DNA of 64,000 nt from assembly GCA_964016885.1 (NCBI GenBank), contig OZ024755.1:18662001-18726000 (forward strand), written 5' to 3'. Positions within the stretch are counted from its first letter, which is position 1; every line of letters starts with the position of its first letter. The translations under genes and the position numbers were made by a program. The DNA is from Eledone cirrhosa. Lineage: Eukaryota. Positions 1 through 13,999 of the stretch are shown piece after piece. The notes beneath the pieces are model-generated. The model was given only the letters and a program-made list of their open reading frames with translations, was not told the DNA's origin and did no database searches.

Positions 1-107
1 ATCATCATCATCATCATCATCATCACCATCACCACCAGCGTCATCATCATCATCATCATCACCATCATCAATGTTTTACATCTGTTTTCTGTGCTTGTAT
101 GGTTCAA

Positions 108-572
108 CCCTTTAGCATTTAAACCGGCCGTATCCGGCTAGAATTCTTTCTGTTCAAACTGGCCATAACCAGCTGCTCATACTTATGTTAAGGTATTGTT
201 CTCAAAATAAATAATATCAAAATCTCGTAGATTTGATATTATGTGAGATAAAATGTTTACAGTGAAAATATAATAGTAAATATCTAAAGTCTGCCCTAAG
301 CCAGAAGGCTCATTTGGCCGGAGCTTATCCCGGTTTCATGGCGTGAAGCGACTGAGAGTACAAGACTCTCCCTTGGACAGGACGCCAGTCCATCGCAGGG
401 CTAAACCTCCAACTATTGCTCTGAGCAACGTGAAATGAAGTGTTTTGCTCAAGAACCCAACACGCAACCCAGGAATCGAGCCCACAACATTATCATCGTA
501 AGTCCAACACCCTTACCACTAGGCCACGTGCCTCCACAATAGTAAATATAGAGTAATGTAAATGCTAAAGGT
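108..572 (+). mobile_element. piggyBac-like MITE (~220 bp) interrupted by a SINE
   Basis: Terminal inverted repeats CCCTTTAGCATTT...AAATGCTAAAGG(G) flanked by TCAA/TTAA. Same family as the copies at 3.97, 28.3, 49.4 and 50.4 kb. Confidence 0.75.
284..537 (-). mobile_element. tRNA-derived SINE (third family) nested in the MITE
   Basis: Minus-strand head GTGGAGGCACGTGGCCTAGTGGTAAGG...GGCTCGATTCCTGG has A/B-box-like motifs. 12-bp TSD AATAGTAAATAT at 272-283 and 538-549; this sequence is single in the uninterrupted MITE copy near 4150. Confidence 0.8.
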
Positions 573-624
573 TTAATAGGGTTATCACATTTTGAAGTTG
601 GACAAGTCAGATGACTGTGGCTTG

Positions 625-654
<30 letters not shown>

Positions 655-655
<1 letters not shown>

Positions 656-995
656 CATCATCATCATTTCATTTTACGTCCGCTTTTTCCCTGCTTGCAA
701 GGGTGGGACGGGAACTGATTTTGGCTTGATTTCTACAGCTGGATGCCCTTCCTAACACCAACCTCATTTACAGTGAGTGCTGGGTGCTTTTTTTGCCGTG
801 GCACCTCCACGACCACTTTGCAGTGGAATGATAGGGACCCCAGTCCCTATCATCTTATTTCTACAGCTGAGTAAACTGGAGCAATGTGAAATAAAGTGTC
901 TTGCTCAAGGAAACAACACATTACCCGGTCTGAGAATTGAACTCACAACCTTTTGATTGAAAGGCCAATGCTCTAACCACTAAGCCATGTGCCTC
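655..995 (-). mobile_element. tRNA-derived SINE family A (RTE-type tail)
   Basis: Head GAGGCACATGGCTTAGTGGTTAGAGC...GTGAGTTCAATTCTC (A/B boxes) and (ATG)n tail. Near-identical to 7 other copies in the window. Confidence 0.9.
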
Positions 996-1012
996 TTTCT
1001 CTCTCTCTCTCT

Positions 1013-1046
<34 letters not shown>

Positions 1047-1090
1047 GTAGACAACGGACTGTGTGTGCATAAACACACCTACACCGTGTC

Positions 1091-1139
<49 letters not shown>

Positions 1140-1335
1140 ATATGTTCCATTCTGGCATGGTTTTTATGGCTGGGTGCCCTTCCTAATGTCAACCACTTCA
1201 TTGTATATACCGGATGTGCAGTTGACATCAGGAAGGACACCCAGTGATAGGAACCGCACCAGAATACATTGTATAAGTGAGATACATATTATATGTTAGA
1301 GCAATATCTATGTAGGTCCATGAGTTTGTGTGCTA

Positions 1336-1370
<35 letters not shown>

Positions 1371-1559
1371 GATTATGAGTAGGAGGTGAGGTGAATAACA
1401 GACTTTAGGTAAATGTAAGTACAGATACGGTGTGTATCCAGAAAGAGGCTGAAGAAATATAGAAATTATACATATAATGGTAACAGTAGTAACAATGGAA
1501 CTAAACTAAAGACATTTTTTATTATCATTCCATTTCACTTCATCTTTCAAATATAAATC

Positions 1560-1975
1560 TGTTGACAGGTTTTAACATCTCAGTAGTTTTAGCAAAATCA
1601 ACTGCATTGTTGGTAGGTTTATCACTCCTATATGACCTCCTCAGTGGCTTTAACAGAATCGACTATATTGTTGGTAGGTTTAACACCTCTAGCTGACCCC
1701 CTCAGTCCTTTTAGCAAAATCAACTGTATTGTTAGTAGGTTTATCACTCCTATATGACCTCCTTAGTGGCTTTAACAGAATTGACTATATTGTTGGTAGG
1801 TTTAACACCTCTAGCTGACCCCTCAGCCCTTTTAGCAAAATCAACTGTATTGTTAGTAGGTTTATCACTCCTATATGACCTCCTCAGTGTTTTTAACAGA
1901 ATCGACTATATTGTTGGTAGGTTTAACACATCTAGCTGACCCCCTCAGTCCTTTTAGCAGAATCAACAGTATTGC
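1560..1975. repeat. Tandem repeat, ~121-bp unit built from two diverged ~60-bp subunits, ~3.5 copies
   Basis: TTTAGCAAAATCAACTGTATTGTTAGTAGGTTTATCACTCC alternates with TTTAACAGAATCGACTATATTGTTGGTAGGTTTAACACCTC. Confidence 0.9.
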
Positions 1976-2494
1976 AAACATTCAGACCAGTTCTTCTGTC
2001 CGAAATTAACTCATTCCTTACCTCTACACCTTCTGAAAGCCCTACAAAAGGTCATACATGCTCCCACACACACACACACTCATATTAAACCCTGTAAAAA
2101 ATAAAGAAAACAGATTCTTGTAGCATTGTTTTTTGACAGGTATAAGTTACTAATTAAAGGTGGTGAACTGGAATATTGGACAGAATGCTTCAAGATATTC
2201 AAATATGTGTTGTGGCACTAAAGGTCTAAATGCAGTTGATGACTTTCAGAGAAGGAGAGAGAGAGAGTGAGAGAGAGAGTGTGAGAGAAAGATAGTAAGA
2301 AAAAGATGTAGAGGAAGAATCAACCCTAGTACTGGATTGGTACTTTTTTTATCGACTTCAAAAGGATGAAAGGCAAAGTTGACCTCAGTGATATTTAAAC
2401 TCAAAGAGCGAGAACAAATACAGCCTTCAATCTCTTCTAACAACTTAACTCTACCAATTTGCAGCCTATGAAAATTACACATATGCTAAATAAT

Positions 2495-2529
<35 letters not shown>

Positions 2530-2752
2530 TCCATTATAAGTGGACTGCAGGTAATTTCTGTTTTTGACAGGCATTGGACAACATTTATGTGCAAAGTTTC
2601 ACAGACAAGTGTCATATAGGAACATTTAAAATTGGTAATTGATTAAACAGGACTGAATAAGCTTTTTATTTCTTTGCTATAATAGACTACAGTTCATTTT
2701 AAGGAAACTTTGTGTGACAGGATGTCTATTTTGCAATGATATTTGTGTGTGG

Positions 2753-2818
<66 letters not shown>

Positions 2819-2945
2819 ATAATAAATATATATATATATATATATATATCATCATTATCATCATTTTACGTCCACTCTTCCCTATTCACAAGGGTGGGAC
2901 GGGTTTTATTCAGCACAGCATCTCTCCACTCGTCACGGTCCATAT

Positions 2946-2993
<48 letters not shown>

Positions 2994-3547
2994 ATTTATT
3001 TATATATTTATATATATATATATAAAAATATGTGTGTGTGTGTATGGGGGGGGGGGTCTTGCTACCAGGGGGAAAGGGATGTTACATTACGAAAGATAAA
3101 TATGCACACACACACACACACACACGTACACACGCATACTCACACATGTATATAGATATACATACATATGTTGTTTATCAAAACCTGAAACAATCAGACT
3201 ATTGTGTGTGCAAGACATTCCCATGAATCAGCCAATGTCAATATTCTAAGATATATCTACACTATTTCAATAGATAAGAATAAAATACTGGGGTATTTCT
3301 AAGGGATAGATATACAATGTTACACATAGCAAAGAGGTCTTGGTAGAAAATGGTGGGAAAATGATACTTAAATATTTTATATAGACCGGTGATCAGGAGT
3401 GAAATCTTTAATATAATCTAAGCAATAATTATTCTCCTGACAAAACAAGAATAACTCACTTGTGACAGGAGATATGTTAAATCAAATTTATTCTTTAACT
3501 TTTTTGTTACCAGATTTCCAATCAAAATACATTGCTTCATTCATTTT

Positions 3548-3886
3548 CATCATCATTTTCATTTTACGTCTGCTTTTTCCCTGCTTGCAAGGGTGGGACG
3601 GGAACTGATTCTGGCTTGATTTCTACAGCTGGATGCCCTTCCTAACACTAACCTCATTTACAGTGAGTGCTGGGTGCTTTTTTGCCGTGGCACCTCCACG
3701 ACCACTTTGCAGTGGAATGATAGGGACCCCAGTCCCTAGCATCTCATTTCTACAGCTGAGTAAACTGGAGCAATGTGAAATAAAGTGTCTTGCTCAAGGA
3801 AACAACACATCACCCGGTCTGAGAATTGAACTCACAACCTTTCGATTGCAAGGCCAATGCTCTAACCACTAAGCCATGTGCCTCCA
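3548..3886 (-). mobile_element. SINE family A
   Basis: Full-length copy, near-identical to 655-995. Confidence 0.9.
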
Positions 3887-3970
3887 TTGCTTATGATTTT
3901 CAAATAGTTTTGAAAAATAATCAAGAATTTGGAAGGATTTAGTAATATAACTTTCTTTCTCCTTGCTAAG

Positions 3971-4190
3971 TCTTTAGCATTTAAACCGGCTGTATCTGGA
4001 CAGAATTCTCTCATCTCGTTCTCTTCACACTGTCTGTAATTGGCTGTTCATGCCTACATTAAGGTGTTGCTCTCAAAAATACCATCAACATTTCGTAGAT
4101 TTGATATTATGTGAGATATTATGTAAAATAAAGCCTTTACTGTGAAAATACAATAGTAAATATAGTATAATGTAAATACTAAAGGGTTAA
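3971..4190 (+). mobile_element. piggyBac-like MITE
   Basis: CTTTAGCATTTAAACCGGC...TAAATACTAAAGGGTTAA; same family as 108-572. Confidence 0.7.
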
Positions 4191-4319
4191 GTTGGTGTTT
4201 GGAACACAACTTAAAGTTTCTTACATAACATTATGATGATAATGTTGAGAGATTTTTAGATAATTATAAACACAAAAAAAAAAACATCTAAGTGTCCTTG
4301 AACCAGGAACAGTTTCAGA

Positions 4320-4720
4320 CAGTGTGGTACTTTTGGATGGTCATGTTGCCAATAAAAACACATGCAGCTGTTGAGCTTCACTTCATTATATTATTATTGC
4401 ATAAGTAATTCATTTATCGGTTAGTTCAGTAACTGGATGGTTGTTTATTTGTTAATAGCCATGTAAATTGTCATATCTCTTTCATAATATTGTCTAAAAT
4501 AAAACAAGATAGAGTAAAATAGAACAAAGAGGAGAACAATCATTAAGGAGGTCACAAGATGTGTGATGAAAGTGCTTTGAAAATTAACGTGACAACAAAT
4601 AAACAACCTTTCAGTTACTAAACTAACCGATAAATGGATTAGTTATTCAACTAATAACAATTTGAAGTGTAATTCAACTGGTGCATGTGTTTTTATTGGC
4701 AACATGGCCCTACCACAGTA
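4320..4720. mobile_element. MITE with long (~115-135 bp) imperfect terminal inverted repeats, Tc1/mariner-like
   Basis: GGTCATGTTGCCAATAAAAACACATGCA...GTTGTTTATTTGTT (4339-4453) is the imperfect reverse complement of AACAAATAAACAACC...TGCATGTGTTTTTATTGGCAACATGGCC (~4594-4709). Outer ends are CAGTGTGGTA and TACCACAGTA. Confidence 0.7.
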
Positions 4721-5699
4721 TAGCTATATATGTTTCAACACATGATTTCACATCAAGAATCTTATAAAACAAATACCAAACTAAAGTTTCAGCATATTAC
4801 AACATATATTTATTTTGTTATTTTTATTCCACAAGAATATATTACATTCCAATGCTAGCTATATTTACTTTGGTTCTATAAAGAATATATAACATTCCAA
4901 TGCTAGCTATATTTACTTTGGTTATATAAAGAATATCTACTCCCCAGTATTCCCTGTATTTATTTTGTTAGTGTGACCAAGCATTGTATTAACTGGTTGT
5001 AACCAACAATAATAATATTTACTTTGGAATATAATTTTTGTTAAGTTCTATTTTGATTCTCTATGTATTATTGAAAACTAAATACTTAAACTATTACATA
5101 AAACACAAAAATAATGATGATTGACAAATGAAATGAAAGCTAGGGGCATGTGCTATGACATTTCAACAGGAGTTTTTAGAATCCATCACTAATAGCAAAA
5201 TGGAAAAGAAACCTTTTTTGTAACAGCTTTTGTCTCTTAACTGTAGTGTTAAAAGAGAGAATGTTTGTTAGTTAGCAGTGAAATGTGGTTGGAATTTAAA
5301 GAAAATATGTAGATGTTAAATATATACAGCTTCTGATTGACGAATAGTTCTCTTTTGGTGATATTGGTGGTGGGAAGGAAAGCATTAAAAGCATTCTTGG
5401 TTGAGAAGACAGAATTCTATTTGTGACATTTATAATTTTGACTAAAATAGTTACAATCTGTGACATATAAACTAAGTCTAAAGGAGTTATATCCATCACA
5501 ACACACACAGAGACGCACATGTAGAGCATTCAGTTACATTTGCCTTTTTCAGATTAGACACATTTCTTAGAGAATTTTTAGCACTATGGGCTTACCTATT
5601 ATTAGATATTTTAAGGACACACACACACACACACAGCTACTACCATAACCCCCCTCTCCCTACCACCACCACTACCACTACCACCACCATCATGTCAAG

Positions 5700-6500
5700 T
5701 CAATGAAGTAGCTTCAACATCAGCTATGAGCAAACTGCAGCCCATCTGGTTTTCTATGTGGCACCTCTAACGAAAAATTACCTTGAATTTTTTTTAGTAG
5801 TACACCTTGTAATGAGCCATATCTTATGTGTTGCACTGCTTGAAATAGGTTGCCCACCCATGCTTGTTCTTCAGTTAGTCAGTCAATCGAGCTGCTAGAA
5901 ATAGCAACCAAATCTCCCTCATACCACTTTGGCTTTCATTTCCTACTTCATTATCTTCAGCCATGTCTTTCTTGGTCTTTCCCTTCTTTTAATTCCTTCT
6001 ACACTCATTTCAATCACTCCTCTGAAACACACACAATGTGGTTTAATATGGCTTTGGCTACTATTTCTAGCAAGTCAAACAACCACTCCCTCTTTGGATG
6101 GTTTATTATTGTTATTCAACTTGGAGACAGTTGAAGGGAGTGAACAGAGATCTATGATCAAAGACATTCCAACCATATCAACCCTGTCTTTTTGTATTAT
6201 CTAGAAACACAGTCCAATGTATTCCATATTTTAAAAAGATTTGAGAAAACGTGGCTACTGTTTCTAGCAAGTCAAACGACCTCCTTGGATACTTTATTAA
6301 TGTTAGCTTCAAGTCAGTTCTGAGAGGACAGACATATTGATGATCAAAAGCATTCCAAACATGACAATCATATCATTTTGTATTATCTAGAAACACATAG
6401 TCCAATGTTTTCCATATTTTAAAAGGACAGTAGAATAAGATTCGAAAATATGTTGCTGATATTTCTTGCAAGTCAAACGACCACTTAGATGCTCTGTCTG
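5700..6500. repeat. Degenerate interspersed repeat (GCTAGAAATAGCAACCAAA family), inverted and tandem partial copies
   Basis: The motif occurs at ~5893 (+) and inverted at ~6055, ~6253 and ~6452. Related copies lie at ~40245, ~42340-42660 and ~48100. Confidence 0.5.
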
Positions 6501-7003
6501 GTTGATGATGATGATGCAAATGATGATTGATGTACTTTGTTGTGTTTATAAACTCTCTATCAGGTTGACAAAGATGAGGATATGTAACAACCTAGACCTT
6601 GATAAATTAAATCCCACTTATGTTTTAATGTCATTATTAGAGTTATCCCGCCGAGGTTAACTTTGCCTTTCATCTTTATGGGGTCGATAAAATAAAGTAC
6701 CAGTAATACACTGAGTAATTGCTGGCCTTGTGCCAAAAGTAAAAACAATTATTGTATGATGTCACTTCTTGTTACATCACAGGCCCTTCAAATACTTCTA
6801 CTACAGCTTAAAACTTCATTTACTTCCTCTTCAAGGACCACCCCTTCCTTTATCTCTACATCATGATACTATCTTTCAGATACAACAGTTGATAAACAGA
6901 ATCATACACACACAAAGATATTGACATATAATTATATATATATATATATATGTGTGTATGTGTGTGTTTGTGTGGATCTGTGTGTGTGTGTGCGTATACA
7001 CAA

Positions 7004-7042
<39 letters not shown>

Positions 7043-7045
<3 letters not shown>

Positions 7046-7390
7046 AGGCACATGGCTTAGTGGTTAGAGCATTGGCTTTGCAATCAAAAGGTTGTTAGTT
7101 CAATTCTCAGACCGGGTGATGTGTTGTTTCCTTGAGAAGACACTTTATTTCATTCACATTGCTCCAGTTTTTTCTCAGCTGTAGAAATGAGATGATAGGA
7201 CTGGGGTCCATATCATTCCACTGCAAAGTGGTCGTGGAGGTGCCACGGCAAAAAGGCACCCAGCCCACACTGTAAATGAGGTTGGTGTTAGGAAGGGCAT
7301 CCAGCTGTAGAAATCAAGCCAGAATCAGTTCCCGTCCCACCCTTGCAAGCAGGGAAAAGCAGACGTAAAATGATGATAATGATGATGATG
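7043..7390 (+). mobile_element. SINE family A
   Basis: TGGAGGCACATGGCTTAGTGG head and (ATG)n tail, inserted at a (TA)n tract. Confidence 0.9.
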
Positions 7391-8329
7391 ATATATATAT
7401 ATGTGTGTGTTTGTGTGTATCTGTGTGTGCATACTCACACACCCACATATATAATTATCATCATCATCATCATTTTACATCCGCTTTTCCCTGCTTGGGA
7501 ATATAGACACATACAGAGAGAGAGAGAGGGGGAGGAGATAGAGAAGCTTATACTTATATACAGTAGCATAGTTAGAGAGTGTGTGTGTGGGGGGGGGGGG
7601 GCATTCCCTGTTGGGTGATAGCACTTCTGGCTTTTGTAGAGGACATGACAAAATCTTTTATGCTGCTGTTACGATAAAAGGCACCCAGTACACTCTGTAA
7701 AGTGGTTGATGTTAGGAAGGCCATCGAGTCTAAGAAACCAAACCAGAAATGGAACATACAAGCAAAGCATGGGCTGTTGAGCTGTCTAATAGGTCAGCTG
7801 AGCTGACTATTATCGGGGGGGGGGGTGCTGAGTTGTCTGTGAGGTCACTTGGATCATAATGACCAGCTCAAGCCATGTCAGCATGGAAAACAGAAAACGA
7901 TAATGATGCTGATGATGATGATGATGATGATGTTCAATCCATCAATTCCCTTTTCTATCCCCAGTTCTATTTCTCTAAAAACTAAACAAAATAATGGAAA
8001 ATAACAGTAAAAATAAACCAACTCCCAAACCAAATTCCTGCGGAAATGTTGAAAGGAGAATAAAAAGAAAATCTTTACAAAAAAAAAAAAAAAAAAAAAA
8101 AAAAACTACCAAAAAACAAGGGAGAAAAAAATAGTTCTTGGGAAAAGTGGTGTGAGTCAGAATGGTGCCAGAGAGGCTGGACATATTGGAAAGGAAGGGA
8201 TTTAGGGGTTGATGAGCAATAATAATAAATCAATAAGTACTCATCTAGGCTTGGTAGTCATAGATAATTGTCTATGGTGAGGTTGGTGGTACCTTCTGAA
8301 TGGGTTACTACTACCTAATAAGGATACAA

Positions 8330-9133
8330 TACATACAGACATACACACAAACATACATATACACCCATACATACACACAAACATACACACACACACACAT
8401 AAACATACATCTACACAAACAGACATACACACAAACATACAGTCACACACACAACCATACAGTCACACACACAACCATACAGTCACACACACAACCATAC
8501 ACACACAGTCACACACATGACCATACACACACAACCATACACAGTCACACACACAACCATACACACAACCATACACACAGTCACACACACAACCATACAC
8601 ACACAGTCACACACATAACCATACACACACAACCATACACAGTCACACACACAACCATACACACAACCATACACACAGTCACACACACAACCATACACAC
8701 ACAGTCACACACATAACCATACACACATAGTCACACACAAGACGATACACACAGTCACACACATGACCATACACACACACAGTCACACACACAACCATAC
8801 ACACACAGTCACACACATGACCATACACACACAACCATACACACACAGTCACACACATGACCATACACACACAACCATACACAGTCACACACATGACCAT
8901 ACACAGTCACACAACCATACACACACAGTCACACACATGACCATACATACACAACCATACACACACACAGCCATACACACACAACCGCATACATACACAG
9001 TCATACACACAACCATACACACCCAGCCACACACACATGTAGAAGACTATTATAGAGATATGTAAATACAAAACCTAATTAAAACAGCCACAATAGGAAG
9101 AATCAAAGAGATACACAAACACAGCCTAAAACG

Positions 9134-9171
<38 letters not shown>

Positions 9172-9900
9172 TACTTGTTCACACACATGCATGTGCATGT
9201 ACACATACATGTGCACATACACATACATCAAAGAAGACTTATAAAAGAATGTAAGTAAAGAGCCCGCCCCCATCTCCACCACATATCAAAGGAACAACAG
9301 AATGTAAAGACCTCAAATTCTATAGCACCCCTCCCCCCCACTCCTTGTATATACATCCAAGATGTAAAAGCAGAAGGATATAAATACACACATACATACA
9401 TACATACTCTCTCACACATACACACAAGCAAACACACACATAAGTACACACACACACACACACACGCACACACAAAGCAGACACATACGCACACAAGCAC
9501 CAATGACACATTGACATATATGCACACAAGCAGAAATACATATACACACAAGTACAAAAGATGCACCCACATGCACAAAGACACACACAAGCACACACAC
9601 ACACATACATAAGCACGATACATACACACACACAAAGACCCACTGACATGCGCGCACACAAGCACAAATACATATACACACCTACACACAAGCACAAAGA
9701 GACACACACACAAGCAGAAAGAGACATACACACACGCACGCACACGCACAAGCACGACACGCACACACACACACAGGCAGAAAGACCCACTGACATATGC
9801 GCACACAAGCACAAATACATATACACACAAGCACAAAGAGACACACACACAAGCAGAAAGAGAGACACACACAAGCACACACAAGCATACACACACACAC
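8330..9900. repeat. (CA)-rich compound minisatellites
   Basis: ACAGTCACACACACAACCATAC-type units at 8330-9040 and ACAAGCACAAAGAG-type units at 9400-9900. These explain the His/Thr and Cys/Val ORFs. Confidence 0.85.
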
Positions 9901-10134
9901 CTCTTAGGACAAACCCCTTGATTGACCAAACCAAAGAATTATAAGCAGCAAGGATTGTAGAAGATTAATTTATATAATCTTACAGTAAAGCTATATAATA
10001 AGAAGTATGATAAAGAAATCATAACAATGGTTTCATACAGCATGAATGGCTCATTATCCTAGAACTTCTTTCACAGAAGGGATGGGGGTGAGGTTAGCTG
10101 AGAGTAGTAAATCAATTGGAAAGTATAAATTATT

Positions 10135-10324
10135 TTTTGTGTCTACTTTAGGCACAAGGCCAGCAATTACCCAGTTCATTACTGGTACTTTATTTTATCG
10201 ACCCCGTAAGGATGAAAGGCAAAGTCAACCTCGGCGGGATTTGAACTCAGATCGTAAAGGGACGTAACTATACTGGAAAGCATGGCGTCCGACCCTCTAC
10301 CGATACTGCCAATCCACCGCCGCC
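10135..10324 (-). mobile_element. tRNA-derived SINE family B, full length with TSD
   Basis: Minus strand GGCGGCGGTGGATTGGCAGTATCGGTAGAG...GAGTTCAAATCCC (A/B boxes). 15-bp TSD AAAGTATAAATTATT at 10120-10134 and 10325-10339. Confidence 0.9.
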
Positions 10325-10544
10325 AAAGTATAAATTATTGATCTTCATTTTTAAATCAAAAACTATTTCTCTTAGAAATATATTTGACACTTTAAAAAAA
10401 AATAAAAGAAATCATAAATTAAAAATGACCAACATAAAAAACGATTTTTTATTTTTATTTTATTTTGAACTTCGTTCTTCTTGAATAATTTACCATATAA
10501 ACTATTTGCTGTTTCGAAATATGTCTGTCCCAATGCAAATGAAT

Positions 10545-10762
10545 AATTGTTTCTACTTTTGGCACAACGTCAGCAATTTGAAGGGAAAGGGAAAGCCATT
10601 TAAATCAACCTCAGTGTGTTACTGGTGCTTTATTTTATTGACCCTGTAGGGATGAAAGACAAAGTCAACCTTGGCGGGATTTGAACTCAGGGTGTAATGG
10701 GTCATAACTATATACTGCAAGGCATGTTGTTCGATGCTCCACTGATTATTGCCAATCCACCA
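10545..10762 (-). mobile_element. SINE family B (older variant)
   Basis: Homologous to 10135-10324, with an extra internal segment. Confidence 0.8.
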
Positions 10763-11051
10763 GACAATCACTATGAATAAATAGTTGAGAAAATTTACTA
10801 AATTACTCTCTGGACATAGAAAAACAAGTGGACAGAGGAAACAAACCCTGCATCTCTTGGATGCTGGAGAAAAGCATTAACCATTACACTAAAGAGTTGC
10901 TGGCCACAAATTTCATCTATTTACAAGATTTTAAACAGAATACAATGAAGAAATATATTAGTTTAATACTTGATAGAGAGTGAGTGAGTGAGTGAGTGAG
11001 TGAGTGAGTGAGAGAGTGAGAGAGAGAGTGAGTGAGTGAGAGAGAGAGAGT

Positions 11052-11140
<89 letters not shown>

Positions 11141-11357
11141 TGAGAGAGAGAGAGTGTGTATGTGTGTGTGTGTCAGTCAGTCAGTGAAATGGTATCTATA
11201 GCCTTACCTGGGGATTAAACAACAATGATAAAACAACTAAATAGATAATTTATATTTATGAGCAGGAGAGCAAAGATTTCAGCAAGAAATGATAATTGTT
11301 TCTACTTTTTTTAGCACAAGGCCAGCAATTATCCCAGTGTATTACTGGTACTTTATT

Positions 11358-12446
11358 TTGTCTATTTGTGTATAATGTTCTACAGATATGTTTATCTGTG
11401 TATAATGGTCTAAAGATATGTCTATTTGTGTATAATGTACGGCAGATATATCTATTTGTGTATAATGTGCTAGAGATATGTATATTTGTGTATAATGTTC
11501 TACAGATATGTTTATCTGTGTATAATGGTCTAAAGATATGGCTGTGTATAATGTACGAAAGATATATCTATTTGTGTGTATAATGTGGCTAGAGATATGT
11601 CTATTTGTGTATAATGTTCTACAGATATGTTTATCTGTGTATAATGGTCTAAAGATATGTCTATTTGTGTATAATGTACGGCAGATATATCTATTTGTGT
11701 ATAATGTGCTAGAGATATGTATATTTGTGTATAATGTTCTACAGATATGTTTATCTGTGTATAATGGTCTAAAGATATGGCTGTGTATAATGTACGAAAG
11801 ATATATCTATTTGTGTGTATAATGTGGCTAGAGATATGTCTATTTGTGTATAATGTTCTACAGATATGTTTATCTGTGTATAATGGTCTAAAGATATGTC
11901 TATTTGTGTATAATGTACGAAAGATATATCTATTTGTGTATAATGTGCTAGAGATATGTCTATTTGTGTATAATGCTCTACAAATATGTTTATCTGTGTA
12001 TAATGGTCTAAAAATATGTCTATTTGTGTATAATGTACGAAAGATATATCTATTTGTGTATAATGTGCTAGAGATATGTCTATTTGTGTATAATGTTCTA
12101 CAGATATGTTTATCTGTGTATAATGGTCTAAAGATATGTCTATTTGTGTATAATGTACGGCAGATATATCTATTTGTGTATAATGTGCTAGAGATATGTC
12201 TATTTGTGTATAATGTTCTACAGATATGTTTATCTGTATAATGGTCTAAAGATATGTCTATTTGTGTATAATGTACGGCAGATATATCTATTTGTGTATA
12301 ATGTGCTAGAGATATGTCTATTTGTGTATAATGTTCTACAGATATGTTTATCTGTGTATAATGGTCTAAAGATATGTCTATTTGTGTATAATGTACGGCA
12401 GATATATCTATTTGTGTATAATGTGCTAGAGATATGTCTATTTGTC
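11358..12446. repeat. Minisatellite: 30-bp monomers in a 120-bp four-monomer higher-order repeat
   Basis: Four variants cycle in fixed order: ...TATAATGTTCTACAG / GGTCTAAAG / GTACGGCAG (or GTACGAAAG) / GTGCTAGAG. Confidence 0.95.
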
Positions 12447-12711
12447 CATGAGAAAGTTGTAAAATACTTTCAGATCAGTTTCTCACTTTATATGCCTGTT
12501 TTACTTCAAAGAAAAGTCAATACTTTTCTAGTGGGAGTAAAATAAGGAGATAAAGCTCGAAGATGATCAACACTTCAACATTCAAAAAAGTTTATTGTTC
12601 ATTTGAACAGCTGCATACATCTCTAGTTGCCTGTAAACTTAGTCTTAACGATTAATTATATTAGTCAGGGCTACTAGAGTAGAAAGTTAAAAGGAAAAAC
12701 ATCTACCACAC

Positions 12712-12760
<49 letters not shown>

Positions 12761-12788
12761 AGCAAAAGATGGTTAAAAGAGTTCCAAG

Positions 12789-12859
12789 TATTTTATTATG
12801 CGCATTTCAAAAACAAATATCATCATGGGATGATATCTGCGTTCTCATCAGATAAAACA
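12789..12859 (-). ncRNA. Minimal type-I hammerhead ribozyme motif
   Basis: Minus strand: TGTTTTAT-CTGATGA-stem II (GCAGATATCATC/GATGATATTTGT)-GAAA-TGCGCA-TA-ATAAAATA. Stem I pairs 8 bp and stem III is the palindrome ATGCGCAT. Predicted AUA cleavage between 12797 and 12796. Confidence 0.75.
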
Positions 12860-13552
12860 GGGAGACATGATATGAAGCTTAAAAAACACTTGTGAGCAGT
12901 GAAGTTTTAAATCAACATATATATATATATATATACATGCACATATATATATTAGGATGTGTGTTTAAAATACCATAGCATTTAAAACAACCAAATATTA
13001 ATAAATGCCAGCACCACCACTTGTACTCCGAAAAGTGGGTCTTTCCGAGCAAAGAAACAAAATAAAAACAGTTTAATAAGGAGAAAGTTAGTTATATTAC
13101 TAAAACCCTTCAAATTCTGGATTAACAAAAAAAAAAAAAAGATTATTTGAAAAACCACAGGAAGTGTCTTTTATTAGATATATGGTAATGAGAGGATTCA
13201 CGAACCACATATTTGAATAAAGAGAAGGCAGAGCAGATAGAGGAATCAGTGGAGAGACAACATAGCTGAGTGGATGGGGGAAGAACTTTGCCACAACCCA
13301 AACACTCACCTATGAAGCAGTTGGTGCATCATTTGGGACTACAGTGTCCCAATGAACCTGAAAAGGGTTAAGAGATGATGATGATGATGATGATGACAAT
13401 ACAATAAAACTGACAACCAATCTTCCTTCAAAGTTATGTAGTTGCCTTTGGGTAGGGTATACTGCTAGCTATATATAGAAAACTGTGTTCTCAGTATTGA
13501 AACAAATGTCTGTTCACTGAGCCATCCATGCACGCAACATTATATATAACAT

Positions 13553-13732
13553 GGCAGTGTTATCGGTAGAGGGTCGGACGCCATGCTTTCCAGCATAGTT
13601 ACGTCCCTTTACGATCTGAGTTCAAATCCCGCCGAGGTTGACTTTGCCTTTCATCCTTACGGGGTCGATAAAATAAAGTACCAGTAATGCACTGGGTAAT
13701 TGCTGGCCTTGTGCCAAAAGTAGAAACAATTA
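13553..13732 (+). mobile_element. SINE family B with TSD
   Basis: Family match. Direct repeat ATTATATATAACATGGCA at 13539-13556 and 13729-13746. Confidence 0.9.
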
Positions 13733-13999
13733 TATATAACATGGCAAAATAAGTGACACATATAGAACATATATAATTTAATTGTAGAATAAATGATTCA
13801 GTGAACAGGAAACACTCTATTGACACTAGCAGCAACAGACAAACAATACAGGATCTCTCAAGAATAATATAAATACCTGCCAGGTATAAACTCTATTTCT
13901 TAAGCAACAGTAATGTTTTGTGCTTTTATTCTTTTACTACTTCCAGTCATTAGATCTCAGCCTATATATATACATATATATATATATATATGTATATAT

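Noticed and set aside
3633-3872. Recurrent 60-80 aa ORFs (MPFLTPTSF..., ...RPRKDERQSQPRRDLNSDRKGT)
   Set aside because: These are antisense translations of SINE A and SINE B, not genes.
13310-13357. Minus-strand AG/GT-bounded exon candidate (VHWDTVVPNDAPTAS*)
   Set aside because: All three frames contain a stop, and it overlaps a GGGTTAA end with a small hairpin typical of a piggyBac-like MITE terminus.
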